This document shows, in pieces, positions 36,701 to 45,982 of a stretch of 57,469 nt of DNA. The DNA lies in the IMG/VR virus record IMGVR_UViG_3300030102_005019, positions 1 to 57,469 of that record; one strand, 5' to 3'. The notes beneath the pieces are model-generated. The model saw only the letters and a list, made by a program, of their open reading frames with translations, was not told where the DNA came from and searched no databases. Each line of letters starts with the position of its first letter. Position 1 is the stretch's first letter. A program made the translations under genes and the position numbers. This DNA comes from a virus (lineage: Duplodnaviria > Caudoviricetes).

Positions 36701-37222
36701 GCCAGGAATATCACCTTCTTTAACCGATTGTATGATTTTTTTTGTAGGTAATTTTTGTTGTTGTTCTATTCTAAAAGCTGGTATTGCTTCTAACAGATCT
36801 TGTTCTGTCATACCCTCTAATAACCATGAGTCTTTACCATATTTTTTTTCTAGATTTAATACAGTTTGCCTACCTAATATAGTTTGGGCTAATGCAGAAC
36901 TAGCTAAATCTAAAGCAGGAGATTCACCAGTATAAAACTCACCTATGTCTCCTAATTGTTCTACAAAATTTTTAAAACTATTTTTTATGGATTCACCAAA
37001 GCTAATTCTTGAGTTTTGTGAAACCGAAGAACCATCTACCAAATTTAAGTCCATATTGGGTGCTTTTGACAGCAGAGCAGTCACACCCTGGTCTGCTCCT
37101 TGCAACTTTACTTGTTCTTGATTATCTTGTAAAATTGCGTCTGGGTGTTTTAATAGAAACTCTTGTTTTCTATTTGGGGCAACTTCGAAAAGTTTACCAT
37201 TAACTAAATAAAATTCATTCAT
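30731..37222 (-). CDS. Large internal virion / ejection protein (about 2160 aa)
   Basis: Likely start ATG 37222; helical; HEVLH zincin-like motif; located at the end of the structural module. Confidence 0.7.
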   Translation of the reverse strand: MNEFYLVNGKLFEVAPNRKQEFLLKHPDAILQDNQEQVKLQGADQGVTALLSKAPNMDLNLVDGSSVSQNSRISFGESIKNSFKNFVEQLGDIGEFYTGESPALDLASSALAQTILGRQTVLNLEKKYGKDSWLLEGMTEQDLLEAIPAFRIEQQQKLPTKKIIQSVKEGDIPGVVAAGIDAVINAIGSIAYGVTTFGSGFFFDFMAENYLNYNEELAKQKNMSLSDLIKSGDAETKTPAIIGFSQSLLENIGIGKILKGGSGMLASKGAGKLTKKILDIAEVGTVEALTEWKQYGLTEANKLIAEGKSSGEVVKETLVKMLTEQDAYENLLQGFVGGGGARASKNLISAGPAVRSTKESNEIQRNFNALVYNSRVLNESEDNSVRQKAQDNIDTAKANIEILVGRSNAKINNLSEENQKRISDINQETQSQVIKLQELDQKLQNKEITKDEYNVYLKAAKDQFNSNVLRIKGILSEDQGVEMIIDKSTSFGAKMGEALGIKSQDIETNKEFADILGKTEQEVKNIGGVYVNGQIYFNKQAAKDTFQINIGAHEVLHPIINSQIGNKKQQGKMVEGVKKRLTSRQVSEMDAIMESRGYGIESGKYDTEYFNVFTDALAKQELSLDKTVLEKLYDFIKSFFKQYDLEIGFANSDQVFNFLTEYSKSAQNNEVSQKVLDAIDKTKLAKELKKKRKQFSEVRDEFELEDGSFDYEQANKVIDDLVGEKDGSGAYVVSKKEWDEGGISKAYNAIIQGNKLDHLIKRGIIGKNVHGKPIETFVEDVKLEMTGVLMRFNPEQNDSLMGWINANLNYNKGKITKQYKKTAANRLDIEAGEVGFVANEARTEEDFSEFDTKRGVEEIDPDSIIPSKLLNVQKETKKAVVDNIDNMNVSQLTYSKVPLLEEVVNSFAQKIGIKPNKITNFKDNLGKGEAIKIQEFIYPIVDSFIKLLPKYTSVVQDADLGVQGKSVRIPTKIINDKKFGLDLYVAYRLGTGRVEDAQGNPQYVLPDNAFEVNEQGETVVSESFRNKYLRVAGMNPDGSPISVDARGKLFDGQSPEAQRLKGILNFAIRAAINTEVRIRMQELGINPNAINNISAGKSQYQFSQEGDFDFVLPELQKMIFEKSELKRFTKTMFENEELLDAANKIYDITLNREDYKAFMSYKYKNNSQQWDYDNLVKTQKYQEKFLNSLPDVFKDNKGLAKAITGFQGINSLYQVTHDLYISDDKVLVDKNGKILRDRKSIESITLSEQQVDNFISKNKLKAEGNLDQNQVNFINRLNDWVKGEGNITTLNDIRKVLNNDKISYDKKLAAIVKQKDAKIREQNNALFNLINLYKMAFIKAGDTKQERKNRLLFVIKTTDFDTSSIGGINSLASLDLTILKQEKTRYSLESYKTNSNLGKQLIFDILSGKETILNSDAYKAGFVPTNMLQQAPNISQQESIDNVKKNTNPDEQFSKVKDDFDIEKTPLEEKMAEILSLKDTRYEKGDIIDTATSSRLAVTRKKIRNIIPPSANDFLGLLYSMLGKGSLGERQLDFFDKKLVRPFGKAIMMLNTSRQAKSAKYKQFLKDNKGFQKTLNEDSGVLGYNKDQALRVYLYTKSGYKIPGIENEQTVAKLQGVVLGDPTLLKYASQLSSIMQHPQGDTWINPDDKSWLAGSVQQDFLRSIDETSRKLYLKEWIENKEQIFSKNNMNKIRATFGNDYVSALKDILNRMETGRSRPVGTNKTINNFLNWIRGSVAVTMFFNTRSALLQTISTFNYINFSDNNIFKASAAFADTKQWAKDFLYLYNSDYLKERRGGLRTDVQEAEIAEAIRNKTGFQSLLGTMLQKGFAFTRAGDAFAISAGGATFFRNRVNSYIKKGKDPKVAEELAFSDFQEITEETQQSARADRLSKQQTDVVGRIFLAFQNTPMQYTRKTVKALQDFRAGRGSKRKNLSIIMYYVVLQNVMFNALQNALFSQLFPKDDDKNEEEEKREQKQLTTVGNRMVDTFLRGIGIYGAILATGKNVALKFIQEDQKMRSGEGRFDRSGLLIEALNVSPAIGIKSNQFIRAARGHEYNWKYYKEMGLSVENPALDVVTAAGSFANIPADRLLNKVRNIKDALDSETEIWQKIALLGGWNRWNIDFEPDDSVAALKKKKSKGKPKRPTYNLNKGYKSPYNKRKYNN

Positions 37223-37223
37223 A

Positions 37224-39038
37224 TTATTGTGCAAAAGATTTATCAACGTCTTCTTGACCTCCAAAAATAGAGATTCTACGTTTTAATTTATCTATTAGTT
37301 CTTTTAATTCAGCTCTACTAATACCATCAAGACCTCTACTTGATCTACTAAATACCTCGCCAGTTTCTTCATTTATGTAATAACGTGATTTATTTGTCTT
37401 ATATAAGTCTTCATATTCTTTAACCTGCATACCCATATCAGTTAACATTTGTTGTACTTCTATAGGATCTAACTCACCTTTATCAATTAAGTCTTGATAA
37501 ACCTCGTTATCGTCCTTAAGTTGTCTTATTAATAATTGTAATGCTCTTTTTGATATTCTTTCACCATCAACTGTTACCATACCAGAAGATGTTTTACTAT
37601 ATAACTCTTCTAATTCAGCTATTTTACTAGTATTAGCTTGAAGTGTTTCGTTTAACGCCTCAGGAGATAATGCTTGCTCAGTTTGTTCAAGTTGTTCTTG
37701 TTTAAGTTTTTCTTGTCTTAGTTTTTCTTTTTCAACCTGTTCTTGAACTCTTAATCTATAATCGTCTCTTAAAAGTCCTTTTGCTTTTTGTAGTTTTCTA
37801 GGATCTGCACCATATCTCATTTCCAACATATAATTAGCTAATTTAAATTGACCAGTTAGTGTCCTTACATCAAATGTTGCTGGTACTATTTCGTTATCTA
37901 TAGTTAATAAACCTGGTATATTAACAACACCTAGCCCAGTGTTTGGATCTACATCTGTCATTGTTACTGGATCATCACCTGCTGTTAAATTAAAATCTAA
38001 CATACTCGGTAGAGTTACCGGATCACTTATGTCAGTGTAAATTTTATTAATTTCACCTATAAGATTTTGTTGTTCAACTAAATCATTTCTTTGCTCAGCT
38101 GTTAAATTATTTAAAGGATTTTGCTGCTCCTCTAAACGCATATTTATTCTATTTACAGTTCTCGAACCGTTTTGTAATTGAAACTTAAGATATTCAATTA
38201 TAGCACCATCTTGATCTTGTATAGCCTTTTCTTTTTCTTCTTGTGTCATGGTATCAGGAAAATCATTATATCTTATAGATATATCTGTTGCTGCTCTAGC
38301 GTAATCGTTAAATAATACCCTTTTTGTTTGATCGTCCATTAAACCAAATAATCTAGTTGCTTCTGCATCTATATCACCCGTTATTTTGTCTTGAATTTTT
38401 AAAGGATCTTCTGCTTGTTGATATCTATAATCTATAGCGTTTATACTGTTTTTTAACATACCATCAAGACCTGTTAATATATCAGTTTTGTTTTTTAATA
38501 AATCTACTTTATCTGGTATTTTATCAGCCATTAGTATTTTAGTAGCACCATTAGGCATTTTAAATGATAAAGCTGGCCCACCGCTATACATAATAACTTC
38601 AAAACCGTTTATTTTATTTGTTAAAAAATCTTTAAACGTACCATCATCTAAACCAAATAAATCTATTTCTGTAGGATCTAATTTTACAGCTGTGCCTAAT
38701 TTCGTTAGCGGATTTAAAATACCCATACCTATTTCATCATATATCTCTTGTCTTTGTTGTTGATTAGCATTAGCAAACATACCGTTTTCAACATATCTTT
38801 CGTTTATAGTTTTTTTGGTAATATCAGCTACATCTTTACCAAAAGTTTTAGCTATAGTAGGATAGTCCATTTCTTTATTGAACTGGGCTAAAGCATAGTC
38901 TAACTGTTGTTTTTCTTTTTCTTCTTTTTCAGATTGTTTTTCATAATAGGCTCTGTGTTTTTCTATAGTGCTTAAAAAGCTTTTTAGAAAAGCATTAGGA
39001 TCACCTACAAATAAATTTCCTGGATTTCTATAACTCAT
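37224..39038 (-). CDS. Putative internal virion / ejection protein
   Basis: 604 aa, coiled-coil rich; MSYRNP start; position in the module. Confidence 0.55.
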   Translation of the reverse strand: MSYRNPGNLFVGDPNAFLKSFLSTIEKHRAYYEKQSEKEEKEKQQLDYALAQFNKEMDYPTIAKTFGKDVADITKKTINERYVENGMFANANQQQRQEIYDEIGMGILNPLTKLGTAVKLDPTEIDLFGLDDGTFKDFLTNKINGFEVIMYSGGPALSFKMPNGATKILMADKIPDKVDLLKNKTDILTGLDGMLKNSINAIDYRYQQAEDPLKIQDKITGDIDAEATRLFGLMDDQTKRVLFNDYARAATDISIRYNDFPDTMTQEEKEKAIQDQDGAIIEYLKFQLQNGSRTVNRINMRLEEQQNPLNNLTAEQRNDLVEQQNLIGEINKIYTDISDPVTLPSMLDFNLTAGDDPVTMTDVDPNTGLGVVNIPGLLTIDNEIVPATFDVRTLTGQFKLANYMLEMRYGADPRKLQKAKGLLRDDYRLRVQEQVEKEKLRQEKLKQEQLEQTEQALSPEALNETLQANTSKIAELEELYSKTSSGMVTVDGERISKRALQLLIRQLKDDNEVYQDLIDKGELDPIEVQQMLTDMGMQVKEYEDLYKTNKSRYYINEETGEVFSRSSRGLDGISRAELKELIDKLKRRISIFGGQEDVDKSFAQ

Positions 39039-39043
39039 AACTA

Positions 39044-39700
39044 TTAATTAAATAAACCTTTCATACCTAAACCTGCCAGATTACCAAAAGCAGTACCTAA
39101 AGCGCTTTGTTGTGCTTGTCTATATTGACCGGCCATATTAGCGTATCGATCTGCCATACCTTGTAATCTATCCATTTTAATGTTATCTCTTTGTTCTCTT
39201 ACGCCAAACATAAATTGCTGACCAGCCACATCTGCGCCTTGTAATCTAATAGCTTCTTGCATACGTTGTTGATTAGCCATCTGTTCACCTCTTGCTCTTT
39301 GTATTGCTATTGCCGCCTCTTGTTGTTGTACATTACCTGCTATTTGTAATTTTGAAGCATTTGCTTGTTGTAAAATTGCGGTAGCTGCTGCAGCTCCACC
39401 GCCAGTTTCTCTCAATGCTTCTAATCCTGTAGCTAAAGAAAGATCTGTTCCTTCCGCTTGTAATTCTGCAGCTCTTGTAGCAACCTGCATGTCTCTTGCT
39501 GGGTTTGTAATCATATTACTAAGATCTTTTACATTTGCGTAAGGATTTATTATTTCTTGTTGTTGAAAATTATCTAGCCTTTGTTGGTACATCCTAGATT
39601 GTCTTTCAGCGTCACGTGCTCTTCTACCTGCACCAAAACTACTAAAAATACCTCCTAGTATACCTGCCCCAGCGGCGGCTATTGCGAATGGATTTGCCAT
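39044..39700 (-). CDS. Putative ejection (pilot) protein
   Basis: Likely start ATG 39700 (MANPFAIAAAGAGILGGIFSSFG); Ala/Gln-rich with hydrophobic termini; the frame is open upstream to GTG 39850. Confidence 0.6.
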   Translation of the reverse strand: MANPFAIAAAGAGILGGIFSSFGAGRRARDAERQSRMYQQRLDNFQQQEIINPYANVKDLSNMITNPARDMQVATRAAELQAEGTDLSLATGLEALRETGGGAAAATAILQQANASKLQIAGNVQQQEAAIAIQRARGEQMANQQRMQEAIRLQGADVAGQQFMFGVREQRDNIKMDRLQGMADRYANMAGQYRQAQQSALGTAFGNLAGLGMKGLFN

Positions 39701-39849
39701 ATTTTTTGTTGTATTTGTTGTTGTTGTTGTTGTTGGTCTATTATAATAAGTTAACGTAGTACCTTTTATAGGTGGAAGAGGTGAATAAGCTAAACCCGCC
39801 ATCCTACCTGTACCAACTCTTTTTTGTGGTGTCCTTGATTTAGGATTCA

Positions 39850-41163
39850 CTATATTGTTATTTTATTAAAATTCGTTACAGTACCAAACAACTCTTCTTT
39901 TTTTGTTATCGTTTCATTTGTTGGCAAACAAAATGTTGCCTTTAAAAAATTACCTTTTACTCCTGTTACACCTAAATTACTAGATATATCTGCATCGTAT
40001 ACCTCTCCTTCTATACCAGGTGAGTTATTTTGAAAGTCTGCAAAATATCTATTACCTCTTTTGTTAAATATAGATGCATTTATATAAACGTTAGAAACTG
40101 TTGTTTCTGAGTTTGCTATATCTTCAGCTGAATCTAAATAATAATCATCTACTCCATTACTATCTCTATCATCAGTGTTTGTTTTTATATATTTTAATGC
40201 CCATTTTGGCGTTCCTTCATATGAAATATTATAAAATATATTTTCTTCAACTGAGTTTTGATTTACGGAGAAAGTTACAGAACTTTCGTTTGTATTAGAT
40301 CCGTAATATTGCCCATATGTTACACCACCTACTTTATCATAGTGTTTCCATATGTTATTACCACTAAAGGTATAAAAATTATTAGTTAAACTAAAACCTT
40401 GATATGGTTTATAACTATGTCTACTAGTCCAACCATTTATATTATCACTAAAACTTACTGTTTCAAAAGAAGGCCCAGTTTGTGCTGATATAATATAACT
40501 TTGATGATAAGCATCGAAACTACCAACAATTCTTGTAGCTGTTTTTAATTTATCTCTAAAAAAAGATCGCATACCGTAATCTGATATAGGTGTTAGTCCG
40601 TCTCCACCTCCAGTACCACTTGATAATCTTAATACTACACCTCTATTTTTATCAGAAAAATATTTTCTACTGCCATAAACAGCAAAACTTTCAGGATTTT
40701 TTGAAATACCATATCTACCTGTAAAAGGAACTATTTGACCGATAACAAGGTTACTTGATGTTACGGCGCCACCACCTTCTGCATTAAATATAGCGTCTTT
40801 ATCTATTAGTGCTTTACTAACTTTATCTTCTTGAAACACAATTAAATTTGTTTCTTCTGCAAAAAGTTTTTGTATACTACCATTGGCTGAGTTAACAGAT
40901 TTTGTTATTGGCTCTGCCATGGAAAATTGATTAGTGTTATTTATAGCCGTTCTAGAATTAAAAACACCACTATATATTAAAGCATTTTTTCTTCTTTCTT
41001 CTTCAAATGATTCATCTATTATATATGCTTTTACACCAAGGTCTACAGAAACCTCATTAAAACCACCCTTTATTCTACTCTCCTCTATATGCCAAGTTTC
41101 AGATCCCTTACTACTCTTTATATAAAATGAATTAAAATAAGCTATGTCTATAGTTGTTGGCAT
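39850..41163 (-). CDS. Tail stabilisation/nozzle protein, C-terminal part
   Basis: NSANGSIQKL..LIVFQEDKVS..YGISKNPESFA..YFSDKNRGVVLRLS..GLTPISDYGM. Confidence 0.7.
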   Translation of the reverse strand: MPTTIDIAYFNSFYIKSSKGSETWHIEESRIKGGFNEVSVDLGVKAYIIDESFEEERRKNALIYSGVFNSRTAINNTNQFSMAEPITKSVNSANGSIQKLFAEETNLIVFQEDKVSKALIDKDAIFNAEGGGAVTSSNLVIGQIVPFTGRYGISKNPESFAVYGSRKYFSDKNRGVVLRLSSGTGGGDGLTPISDYGMRSFFRDKLKTATRIVGSFDAYHQSYIISAQTGPSFETVSFSDNINGWTSRHSYKPYQGFSLTNNFYTFSGNNIWKHYDKVGGVTYGQYYGSNTNESSVTFSVNQNSVEENIFYNISYEGTPKWALKYIKTNTDDRDSNGVDDYYLDSAEDIANSETTVSNVYINASIFNKRGNRYFADFQNNSPGIEGEVYDADISSNLGVTGVKGNFLKATFCLPTNETITKKEELFGTVTNFNKITI

Positions 41164-41167
41164 AATT

Positions 41168-44100
41168 TTATGAATAAACTGTTGTTGTTATAGTACTTCT
41201 TCTTACCATTTTTCTTACGCCTGGATATGCGTTATCAGGATCTGCATATAAACCACTGTGTGATCCTACACCTATTATATATTCGTAATCAGCACCACCA
41301 ATAGAAACAATAAAATTACTACTACTATTACCTACATATCCAGCCGCACCAGGAGTATCATTAGCATGCGGTGCTATTCTTATAAAATAATCAACACCTG
41401 ATGTATTAGCAGCATCTAATACTTCTTTTCCAAAAGTTAACTCTGTGTTGTCACTTAAGCTTACTGAAGCTGATAATACAATTACGTTTTGACTTGTTAC
41501 TGTTTGCACTGTAGTATTTGCTGGTATACCAGTACCCGTAACTATCATATTCTGTTCAACGTTAAAATTTGTAGAGTGTCCATCTATATTTATTGTAGCG
41601 CTTGTAACAGCTCCATTTACTAAAGCTTTACCACCTACAAATATTTTTGTAAACCTTTCATTATTTAAGAAATTAGTAACCGCAGCACCTGAGGTAGTTG
41701 TGTCAACCAGTACATTATTACTTAATATATCTTCAAAATCACTGTTACAATGACCATCTACGTTGCTATAAGTTAAATCATCTGGGCAAAAATATTCTTG
41801 ATATTTATCTCCTGGATCTTGTGATCCTTGACCACCATAACACCTGTCGTAATAATTATATTTTGTTCCACTACATGTAGCACTATACGGTACATCAATA
41901 ACATCACCTTGTGCTTGACAAAGTGGAATAGCAAGATCACCGGCACCTCCAGCAGAAGCATTAGTTGTTAAACCACCAGTATCTGTTGCCCTTACAGTAA
42001 TACTAAGACCAGAAGCTGAAGCTGGTATACCAGTATTTATTGATATCACACCTGAAGGACTAACATCTAATCTAGAATCAGCAGTTACTTTAGAAAAAGT
42101 TAAACGTTCTGTTCTTAATGATGTGTTTGCACTACCATTATAAGCATATATAGGTGAGCCACTAGCGTTTATGGTTGCTATGGTACCAGTGGTATTTGGT
42201 GTAAAGCTTACACAGTTACCTGTAGCAAAACCTATTTCTGGGTGATCATTTGTTATTTCTATAGTTTTTTGTATATTATTAGCACCGTCTTGTGTAGTAG
42301 CCCTAAATGTAACATCATACGTGTCTGCTGGTGATAATCTGTATTCTTGTGCGTTTATAAGTTTCATTTTATGAACATCGGTATTACCGATCTGTTCTAC
42401 AGAAAAATCAGATTTTACATCTACTGTTTGACCATCTATTTGCCTCATTACACTATGAATAGTTATATCCAGCGAATGACCTGATGGTGTTAGTTGTGTA
42501 CCATTAACATCAAAAACCTTAACTATAAACATATAGCTATCAGCTGCTAAATCTTCTCTAAAATCATCGTCATCTGCATTATCAGCAAGGTTTCTTAAAA
42601 CTAAACTACTTGGTATTACTCCACCTGCTTTTATTTTAGCGTTAAGATCAGATAAAAGTCCACATGTAGATGTTTCATAAAATATATCAATTTTTGACTT
42701 AAACGGTTCTGTTTCAAAAACAGCTAATGCAGCAGCGTTTGCACCATCATTACCGGCAAGAACACCATAATCACCCTTTATTTGTGAAAACAAATATTTT
42801 TTATCTGGATCATAAAATTCGTTTTTATCAGCATCAGCGGTAATACCAAAATCACTTAAATCACCAATAGCTATAACAGAGTGTTTAGATGTTTGTATAC
42901 CTGTTTGTCCGTTTTGTACTATACCAAATAAATTTACACTACTTGTAGATAAATCAATATTAGAACCTTCAGTAACTTCGTCTCTTGGTACTTTATTTAT
43001 ATTATCACCGTATATTGGAAAATAACCATAACCATCACCAGTTTGTGCTCCTCCTCTTTGTTGAGAATCATACTTTGTAACTCCAGGTGTATAAACGTTA
43101 TAATATTCTTGTAGCGTTTGTTTTACAACTACTCTATATGAATACCAACCTAAAGGATTAGTAACAGACCATAAGTTTTCTTCCATAGGATCATTAAATG
43201 TTATTTTTAATGAATCACCGTTTAAACTTATTTGTGATCTTTTATGTAGTATAGAAGATCTATGATCTTTAGACATTATAACTGGTGATTGTCTTCCATA
43301 CCTATCAGCTAAAACAACTCCAACAACGTATGTTCTATTTTGTTTTAATGTATGTCTAGGTAATTGTTCGTCTAAAAACTCATCTTGTTGATTTTTTGCA
43401 CCAGCACTAAGTTCATAATTTAAACCATTAGATGGTAAATTTTTACCTTGTACAAAATTACCATATATAATTCTGTTTCCTGCTACTTCTTGTGCAAGTG
43501 CTTTTACAGGTACATTATCAAAAACCCTGTTTGTTTGTGAAGCAGGTAGAGTTTTAAATGGTTCTTCAGACCTATAAACGTAATAAAGTTCTTTACGTCT
43601 ATCATTTACTCCACTGCTATACACGTTGTTTATATACGCTTTAAGTTTTGTTGAGCCAACAGCACCATTACTAATTGTTGTAACGTCTTTTCTTAAACCA
43701 TCTATTTTGCTGCTTCTTACATCTATTACGTCTAATACTTTTACAGCAATACTATCAGATTCTTTTAATAATATTTCTATTTCATCTATTAATAAATTAG
43801 CAGATGGATCTAATGTTGGAAGCATTATTTCTAACTCTAATTGGTTTATTTTATTTACAAATGTTGCTACCTCAGCTTCTTTATATGCGTCTGTTTGTAA
43901 ATCATTTGTAAATGTATCTATTCTAGGCTCAAAAGCAACTTGAGTAAATGGTGCAAATATTGAATATGTATTATCATTAAACTTATACCTATAACTAAAT
44001 CTAACAAACTTCTCTTTCATGTACTCATTATCAATAGTTGTATCCGCTGTGTTTTCAATCATTGACCCAGATAATATAGTTAGTTTTTCACCGTTAGCAA

Positions 44101-44857
44101 CAGTAACAGCTTCATCTAAAACTAAAGCTGTTCCAGATAATGATGTTATTAAAACGTCATCGTCTAAAGTATCGTGTCTAACAGTAAATTTTTCTCCATT
44201 ACCTATTGCTGTTTGTAATGCTGAATTTGCAGCACTTATTGTAACGTTTGCACTATTACTAACGGCTCCATTAACAGTTAATATATATCTAGGTTGTAAA
44301 AATTTAGGAGCACAAAAAGGAGCGTATTTAGCAACACTAATTTTATCTTCTAAATATGAATCATCGGTATACCTTGTTGTATCTTGTACGTTAAAAACTC
44401 TAGGTTGATTAAAGTTATCTGTCCAAAACAAATAACCATCTAAAATATTAATACCATAAACAGGAAAAGATTTATTAAAGTTGAATCTGTAACTTTTAAA
44501 AACAACACTTGTTGTCTCAAAATCCTGATCATATTTAATTATTGCACATTTATTTGTGCTAGCTGCCCTACTATTTGTATTTGCATTGTTAAAATCAGTA
44601 ACTAAATAATAAACGCATCTGTTTTCAAAATCAACAACGTGACCAATAGCTGATGTTGTAGATAAAGTTGCATCTTTACCTGAAACATCACTTGCTAATT
44701 TGTTTGATATAACGTTTTCTACTACACCGACATCACCATTTTCAGATCTTGATACTTTTATATTAAGAGCATCTATATACTCTCCAGGGGGTATAATCCT
44801 AGGATCTAAATCTTTATTCATTTTTCCTTGTATAAAGGAATTTTTACTTTCTGGCAT
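41168..44857 (-). CDS. Tail stabilisation/nozzle protein, N-terminal part with appended Ig/cadherin-like domains
   Basis: GKMNKDLDPRIIPPGEYIDALN, LFWTDNFNQPR, FSYRYKF, NRIIYGNF, YVVGVVLADRYGRQSPV. Confidence 0.7.
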   Translation of the reverse strand: MPESKNSFIQGKMNKDLDPRIIPPGEYIDALNIKVSRSENGDVGVVENVISNKLASDVSGKDATLSTTSAIGHVVDFENRCVYYLVTDFNNANTNSRAASTNKCAIIKYDQDFETTSVVFKSYRFNFNKSFPVYGINILDGYLFWTDNFNQPRVFNVQDTTRYTDDSYLEDKISVAKYAPFCAPKFLQPRYILTVNGAVSNSANVTISAANSALQTAIGNGEKFTVRHDTLDDDVLITSLSGTALVLDEAVTVANGEKLTILSGSMIENTADTTIDNEYMKEKFVRFSYRYKFNDNTYSIFAPFTQVAFEPRIDTFTNDLQTDAYKEAEVATFVNKINQLELEIMLPTLDPSANLLIDEIEILLKESDSIAVKVLDVIDVRSSKIDGLRKDVTTISNGAVGSTKLKAYINNVYSSGVNDRRKELYYVYRSEEPFKTLPASQTNRVFDNVPVKALAQEVAGNRIIYGNFVQGKNLPSNGLNYELSAGAKNQQDEFLDEQLPRHTLKQNRTYVVGVVLADRYGRQSPVIMSKDHRSSILHKRSQISLNGDSLKITFNDPMEENLWSVTNPLGWYSYRVVVKQTLQEYYNVYTPGVTKYDSQQRGGAQTGDGYGYFPIYGDNINKVPRDEVTEGSNIDLSTSSVNLFGIVQNGQTGIQTSKHSVIAIGDLSDFGITADADKNEFYDPDKKYLFSQIKGDYGVLAGNDGANAAALAVFETEPFKSKIDIFYETSTCGLLSDLNAKIKAGGVIPSSLVLRNLADNADDDDFREDLAADSYMFIVKVFDVNGTQLTPSGHSLDITIHSVMRQIDGQTVDVKSDFSVEQIGNTDVHKMKLINAQEYRLSPADTYDVTFRATTQDGANNIQKTIEITNDHPEIGFATGNCVSFTPNTTGTIATINASGSPIYAYNGSANTSLRTERLTFSKVTADSRLDVSPSGVISINTGIPASASGLSITVRATDTGGLTTNASAGGAGDLAIPLCQAQGDVIDVPYSATCSGTKYNYYDRCYGGQGSQDPGDKYQEYFCPDDLTYSNVDGHCNSDFEDILSNNVLVDTTTSGAAVTNFLNNERFTKIFVGGKALVNGAVTSATINIDGHSTNFNVEQNMIVTGTGIPANTTVQTVTSQNVIVLSASVSLSDNTELTFGKEVLDAANTSGVDYFIRIAPHANDTPGAAGYVGNSSSNFIVSIGGADYEYIIGVGSHSGLYADPDNAYPGVRKMVRRSTITTTVYS

Positions 44858-44860
44858 TAA

Positions 44861-45979
44861 TTAGTGTTTAATATGTTTAGATTTACCTCTTAAAACTTGT
44901 GTTATCTCTGGTAAATTAATTTCGTATAACCTTAATTTAGCGTGTCTCATCGCGGCTCTTTTGTCTCTTTTATACCTACCAACTATATATTCTGGTATGT
45001 TTGCCATTGTAGATAATATACCAAAAGCCACATGCTTATATATTGCTTCTTCAGCAAACTTATGCACCTTCATTTCTGCATCACTACCCATACTATCAGA
45101 TACATATTTAATATTTACAATTTTCGCATTTAATTCACTACTAAAATTAATAGTCCCTTTGTGTTCATCTATTATATAAATCCCATTACGATTCATTAAG
45201 CTCGGATCACCACCGTATCTTTTACCTTGTTCTAATAATCTTTCTGCTGGAAAATCTTGATTATAAAAATAATCGTCATTACCAAAAGCATGAGTTAGTT
45301 CTTGATTATTAAAATCTTTAAACCTTTCATTTGTTACAGATGTTGTTTTTATTAAATTTCCATTATTATCATAAGTGTAGTTAAACTCGTCATCTTGCGC
45401 TAAAGCTTCTGATGGTTTAGATGTTATACTACCTTTAGGTATAGGATGTTCAACACCGGCATTATCTACCCAACAAGCACCTACCATGCTTATAAAATCT
45501 TTAGGCATTGGTATTGACAATGTGGGACCAACTTCTATTTCTTGTATTTTTTCAACTTTTGTAATATCATAAGCAAACTCTTGTATACCTCTTTTCGTAT
45601 GAAACAAAACATCTCTTCTATTAGCTTTATTTATAATTTTTCCTTCACCTACATAAGAAAACATAAAGTTGTTTACTATATCACTTAATGTTATATACCT
45701 ATAATCTCCGTATAATTTTAACCTTAATTCTACTGTTATAATATCGTTGTTTGCAAATGTATAAGAGTTTATAAAAGTTAAAACCTTTGAAGAATTATTA
45801 TAACTATAATTTGAACTGTCAACTACAGCTCCATTATTATATACAAAAAAATCACCTACACTTGTTGGCATAGGATCAATAGTTGTTATAGTAAAGTTTT
45901 GGTCATCACCTGTATTCCATGTAAAGTTTTGTGAACCCGCATAATACGATTGATCTGTTTTATTGTCTAGGAATCCCAT
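44861..45979 (-). CDS. Virion ring/adaptor protein
   Basis: KRGIQEFAYD..KYVSD..VHKFAEEAIY; position in the module. Confidence 0.6.
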   Translation of the reverse strand: MGFLDNKTDQSYYAGSQNFTWNTGDDQNFTITTIDPMPTSVGDFFVYNNGAVVDSSNYSYNNSSKVLTFINSYTFANNDIITVELRLKLYGDYRYITLSDIVNNFMFSYVGEGKIINKANRRDVLFHTKRGIQEFAYDITKVEKIQEIEVGPTLSIPMPKDFISMVGACWVDNAGVEHPIPKGSITSKPSEALAQDDEFNYTYDNNGNLIKTTSVTNERFKDFNNQELTHAFGNDDYFYNQDFPAERLLEQGKRYGGDPSLMNRNGIYIIDEHKGTINFSSELNAKIVNIKYVSDSMGSDAEMKVHKFAEEAIYKHVAFGILSTMANIPEYIVGRYKRDKRAAMRHAKLRLYEINLPEITQVLRGKSKHIKH

Positions 45980-45982
45980 TTA

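Noticed and set aside
30731-37222. crAss-like virion RNA polymerase
   Set aside because: No DxDxD catalytic motif seen, and the protein looks like a helical ejection protein.
39701-39740. (ACA)n microsatellite on the minus strand
   Set aside because: A short triplet run, either poly-Thr or an A-rich leader; it cannot cause frameshift phase variation.
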